A stretch of DNA of 64,000 nucleotides from Magallana gigas. Taxonomy: Eukaryota. Both the position numbers and the translations under genes were made by a program. Under the pieces are notes generated by a model that was given only the letters and a program-made list of their open reading frames with translations, did no database searches and was not told the origin of the DNA. Shown here one piece after another: positions 59,135-64,000 of the stretch; position 1 is the stretch's first letter, and each line of letters starts with the position of its first letter. The stretch spans positions 50,530,001-50,594,000 of the forward strand of contig NC_088858.1 in NCBI RefSeq assembly GCF_963853765.1, read 5' to 3'.

Positions 59135-61296
59135 GCATCAGTTATAGAATAAAATCCACCTTAGACCTACTTATTTCAAATACACAAACAGGTTTCATAC
59201 AGGGCAGATATATTGGAGAAAACACTAGATTTATATATGATCTAATGTCTTACACAGAAATTAATAATTTGCCTGGTTTACTTATGCTTATTGATTTTGA
59301 AAAGGCTTTTGACTCGGTATCATGGTCTTTTCTTTATAAGGTGCTGCACTTTTTTGGATTTGGAAACAATATTATAAAATGGGTAAAAATTTTAAATACA
59401 AATTTTAAAGCTTCAATCCTTCAAAGCGGCTTTCTATCGCAGCAGTTTGAAATACAGAGAGGTTGTCGTCAGGGTGATCCCGTAGCCCCATATCTTTTTA
59501 TTCTCTGTGCAGAAATCTTAGCTATACTTATAAAACAAAATAAGGATATAAGAGGTATTTTTGTCTATGATAGGGAACACAAAATTTCCCAATATACTGA
59601 TGATACGTCACTTATCCTTGATGGTTCAGCTTCATCCTTGTTTAATGCTCTTGAAACTTTAGAATTATTCTCAAAAATTTCTGGTCTGCAAGTTAATAGC
59701 TCAAAAACTAAAATTGTATGGTTTGGATCAAAAAAATTCTCTTCTGAAGTTTTCCATCATTCTAGATGGAAACTAGATTGGGGGGCCACTGAATTTGTAC
59801 TATTAGGTATTCATTTTTCAGTGGACTTAGAAAAAATTCCAGATTTAAATTATGACATTCAAATTCCCAAAATTATTGCTTTGATTCAACAATGGGAAAG
59901 AAGAATTCTAACTCCCATTGGAAGAATTACAGTACTTAAGAGTCTTATTGTACCTAAATTAAACCATTTACTCATTTCCCTACCGAATCCTAAGAAAGAT
60001 ACAATTACATTTTTGAATAATGAGTTTTTTAGATTTGTTTGGAAATCCAAGTGTGACAAAGTCAAACGTTCAATTGTGACCCAAAACTTTTGCATTGGAG
60101 GTTTGAAAATGTTAAATTTTAAAAATTTTATAATTTCGCTTAAATGTTCTTGGATCAAAAGAGTGGTGCAAGGGGGACAATCATGGATGAGCATTTTTAA
60201 AGCTATCTTTGGTGACATAGGGGTTGGTTTTTTAGAGTTTGGTGATAATTTTATTAAAAAACTTATAGAACAATGCAATAATATATTTTGGAGAGATGTC
60301 TTTGATGCTTGGCTTAATGTTATGAACGTACACTCTAACCAAATTTGTGATTCTAACAATAATATAATATTTTCTCCAATATGGCATAACTCAAACATCA
60401 AAGTAGAGAAGAAGTCTATGTTTTATAAAGAATGGTACAAAAAAGGTGTAAAAATTGTTAAAGACTTTTTACATGATGATGGGTCATTTTTATCAAAATC
60501 TGAAATTGAAAAAAGATTTCATTTGAACAAAGTATGTTTTATGCAATATAACAGCATAATTAGTGCTGTTCGAAAGTTTGTTAAAGACTCAAATTTTTCA
60601 AAGGAGAACTATGTCAATTTTGTTGGTCCTTTTCTACCCTTTTACTGTGTTGAATTACTTTTGTACAAGAAATGCACTAAACCTATTTATAATTTAATCA
60701 ATACAAATGTCCAATGTATTATTCCAAACTCAATCATTCGATGGAATTCAAAAATTGTCATGAGAGGCTACTCCGAACTAATTTTACAGGATATTTTCAA
60801 AGTATGTTTCAAAGTTACAACAGATACTACTGTACAGTGGCTACAATATAGAACTCTACATAGAATTCTTCCTGTAAAATCGTATCTAAAAAAGATAAAA
60901 ATAGTTGATAATGATATATGTTCTTTTTGTAATAATGAAGTTGAAACTATTGAACATGTATTCACATCCTGTTCCTTTGCTTTAGATTTATGGAGTAGTT
61001 TAAGTATGCATATATATCATGCTGTTTCAAAAAGAGTTGGCTTTAATGAGTATAACATATTATTTGGAGAGACTCCTCCTTCTAATTCTAACTTAGTCAT
61101 CAACTTTTTGATCCTGTATACTAAACAATATATTTTTCAATGTCTGTACAACAAAAAAGTTCCAATATTTGCAGGTCTACTATGTCACTTAAACTTTAGA
61201 TATGAAATAGAAAAATGTGTTGCTATAAGAAACTCTTCTTATGATAAACATAATGATAGATGGTTTGAATGGAAAAATCTTTTTCTTAATATTTAA
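59135..61296 (+). CDS. Truncated L1/Tx1 ORF2: reverse transcriptase + zinc-binding domain (no endonuclease)
   Basis: QTGFIQGRYIGEN, IDFEKAFDSVSW, RGCRQGDP, QYTDD, GGLKM, CSFC..ETIEHVF..C; the first ~13 codons of ORF 59095..61296 are flank-derived. Confidence 0.9.
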
Positions 61297-61460
61297 CTTC
61301 AAGAGCTTTATTCATTTCAGTTTATGCAAAATTGTATCAACTTGAATAGTTTTCAAAAATTATGAGATCATGACTTGTATGTATGTGTGTATGAATGTGT
61401 TATATGTACAGTGTATTATAAAATGAAAAACTGCAAATAAAAAAAAAAAAAAAAAAAAAA
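59135..61460 (+). mobile_element. 5'-truncated L1/Tx1-clade LINE with poly(A) tail and 10-bp TSD AAGATTATGT
   Basis: TSD at 59125-59134 and 61461-61470; AATAAA running into an A-tail of about 24 nt. Confidence 0.9.
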
Positions 61461-62133
61461 AAGATTATGTCTATTGTCCTATCATAACGTATAACATAAT
61501 AACAAAATAACCTTTTTTTTAATGTGGGAAATAAATCATATCAGTTGTGATCTGTATGCATTCAGCGATGGGAATCTCCTTGGCTGGCGAGGCCGAAGTT
61601 GATGTTTATTCTTCAAACAAGTTTACCTGTTATATTTTCAAAGCAATATTGTTGCTTTCATGCTATGTGAGTAAGTACAAGCAATAAATAAAACTTGTAC
61701 TTCAGTTTATCTCTATCTTCAATTTCTAATAACGATTGAAATAATACTAAGAAAACAACAAGGCAGCAACGTAACAAAATGAAAAGTTTCTGATTCAGCT
61801 CATACCCACAAAGCTGTACATGTCAAACTTGTGCGAACATGGGGTTTTCTTTCATTCAAGCAACCATCCATTAGGATGGTTTCAATTCGAATTCAATACA
61901 ATATGTTCCATCTAAACCGAAATAGACACCTTCCGTAATGCATTATCGTCGTCTTCTAAATAGTATTAGCTCTCAATGAAGTATAAAATACCGTTTAGTT
62001 TATGAACATTTAACATATTCTATCATGCGGAGCATTCTGTTGTGTATAAATTGGTGAAACATTTCTGTTATTTACTAAATAATAAGCTACAATTAAAGCC
62101 TTTATACATATAAACAGAAAGAACTGAATAAAT

Positions 62134-62400
62134 CTTCCAAAGGGTCGCATGCTGACTGGCGATTTTCATACTAATTGTTAGATCATAATTAATCACCTAA
62201 TTGTCTACGGACTTTCCGTTTTTTTTCTCGATTACGACAAAGTGCACACGGCGGGTGTGACCGGTCAGCAGAGGATGCTTACTCCTCCTAGGCACCTGAT
62301 CCCGTCTCTATCCTTTTAGAGGTTCGTATTGCTCTGATTTGAATTTGTATTTCGTTTTATGGATTTTTCAGATTTTTGACAGTTTGTTATTGTCATTTTT
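62134..62400 (+). mobile_element. 3' remnant of the same Penelope-like family as 53265-53745
   Basis: Shares GGTGTGACCGGTCAGCAGAGGATG..ACTCCTCC..GGCACCTGATCC and the tail; absent at the paralogous site (~54690). Confidence 0.65.
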
Positions 62401-62436
62401 CATAAATAGAAATAACAATCATACGGTGTAAAGTCA

Positions 62437-62442
62437 TTTATT
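62437..62442 (-). terminator. Polyadenylation signal of Gly/Tyr gene 3
   Basis: ACACAAAATAAA context. Confidence 0.6.
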
Positions 62443-62528
62443 TTGTGTCATTAAATACATTTTTATGAGTTATGTACACGGTCATGTTTGGTAAAAACAA
62501 ATTCAAGACGTCCTTGTCGAACATTCCT

Positions 62529-62540
62529 CTAATAATAGCT
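62529..62540 (-). CDS. Terminal coding piece (SYY*) of Gly/Tyr gene 3
   Basis: Acceptor ttttgattttcttttcAG, then AGC TAT TAT TAG (synonymous change relative to gene 2). Confidence 0.8.
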   Translation of the reverse strand, partial: SYY

Positions 62541-62630
62541 CTGAAAAGAAAATCAAAACATATAACATAAAAAAACTATAAAAACAATTTGTCATGATTA
62601 ACCTATTCGAACTTGCAATATTCAATTTAC

Positions 62631-62972
62631 CTTTCCAAGACGGCCAAGACCACTTCGATATCCATTTAGGCCTCCATACACATTGTTTCCATACAAGCCA
62701 TTGTACAGATCGTTCCCGTAGAGCCCGCCATAGAGACCGTTTCCGTAGATACCGTTTCCATATAGACCACCATAGAGACCGTTTCCATAAAGCCCACCAT
62801 AGAGACCGTTTCCATACAACCCATTACCATACAACCCGTTTCCATACAGTCCATTTCCATAGAGACTGTTACCGTAGTAGGGGTTGTTAAGTCCCAGACC
62901 GTAGCCGATGCCTCCGTAGTAAAAGCCAAAGGCCACAGAGAAAAGGGCAAGGCAACAGAGCAATCGGAACAT
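62631..62972 (-). CDS. Secreted GNGLY-repeat protein, copy 3, main exon; 117 aa spliced
   Basis: Four aa differences from copy 2; exon 1 ends at 63097; intron 2 is 90 bp. Confidence 0.9.
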
Positions 62973-63151
62973 CTAAATCGAAAAACAATAAAAGAATAAA
63001 AAGTAATAAAAAGTCTGGGACCAACCATAATTACATTATTTTGAAAGTAAACTACTTTCAAACTTATTTTAAGTACAATAACTTTTAAAACTTTACCTTT
63101 TGTCGGTCTTGGGTGGTTATCCAATATTGTTTGAAGCTCAGCCTGTTGAGA

Positions 63152-63159
63152 CTTATATA
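63152..63159 (-). promoter_or_regulatory. TATA box of Gly/Tyr gene 3
   Basis: TATATAAG at the position paralogous to gene 2. Confidence 0.65.
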
Positions 63160-64000
63160 CTCACTAGCAGGTTAAACGTCATCGTAATCTGCGTTACGAA
63201 AGTGATTAATATTAACCACAAGGTGCCATCACTCCGCCACAAGTACTTGTTAAACAATCGTCCAAACTACACTATTTATCAAAAAAGATTTTTAAATCAA
63301 ACATTTATTGCACTCACTCAAATGACAAGAGAGGGTACCAACGTCCTACGCAGAAAAGGTAGAAATAGGTCAGTTGTGAAAGCGATTAAAAGCCGTCGGT
63401 TAAAGTCGCCTCATTTAAAAAAGATGATAAGTATTATTTTTGTCCATTTCTTCAAAATTCATTTCTATTCAACTTTTTGGTACATCTCATGTTTTGTTTA
63501 TCCTAAATGTTGCTCTTTGATCATTTAAATTCAATATATGTTTATGATGGTTGCACAATGCTTAATTTATCTTATTATATTTAGATATGTTAAAACTAAC
63601 ATCAAAATGGATCTAGTGATTGGTTTCCGATAGTGGCCGAATGATGATAAAGAAAGAAAAATATATAAAGATTTGAAAGAAAAACAATCCATAAAGTTAT
63701 ACTTGGTCCAAAATCTTTTTGAGGCAATTTCAGGTTAAAAGTTATAATGTTCAGATAAGCGGTGTTATCTAACATTAAAGCCATCCCATTCATGAAATAC
63801 ATGTAATAAGTTTTTCTTAAGTCGATTAAAAAACCTAGCGACAATATATCCTTTGTGTACTCCAGCATATTTTAAAGGTATGTTTTCCTGGTTTAGAAAA
63901 GTCACAAATGTCTTTCCCATTCACCACTGATAAATTAGTTTATGGGGACACATTGAACAACACGTTGTTAATAATCTTATATTAATAAGTAAATTTTTTG

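Overview
AT-rich, intron-containing eukaryotic DNA, most likely from a true oyster (Crassostrea/Magallana-type bivalve; inferred from the repeat families and shell-matrix-like genes). There is one 138-N gap at 24744-24881. (1) 0.2-5.7 kb: part of a minus-strand multi-exon gene with a 3,660-nt exon encoding a Ser/Glu/Lys-rich disordered region. (2) 13.3-18.6 kb: a two-ORF RTE-group LINE with intact ORF2 and frameshifted ORF1, bracketed by a ~0.9-kb direct duplication of host DNA. (3) 20-31 kb: palindromic MITEs, Helentron-derived (HINE-like) elements, a spliced MULE transposase remnant and a small secreted-protein gene. (4) 32-45 kb: nested insertions, namely an intact, very young BEL/Pao element with TG..TA LTRs, a TA-target MITE and a fold-back element (~550-bp arms, 8-bp TSD) carrying a Pif1 helicase fragment, within decayed Kolobok-like genes. 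(5) 49.7-64 kb: a tandem family of secreted Gly/Tyr/Asn-rich (GNGLY-repeat, shematrin/prisilkin-like) genes, three intact and one pseudogene. All four appear to end in a hidden 12-nt terminal coding exon (x-x-Tyr-stop) that the ORF track misses. All analysis was by eye; family assignments rest on motif recognition and need database confirmation.
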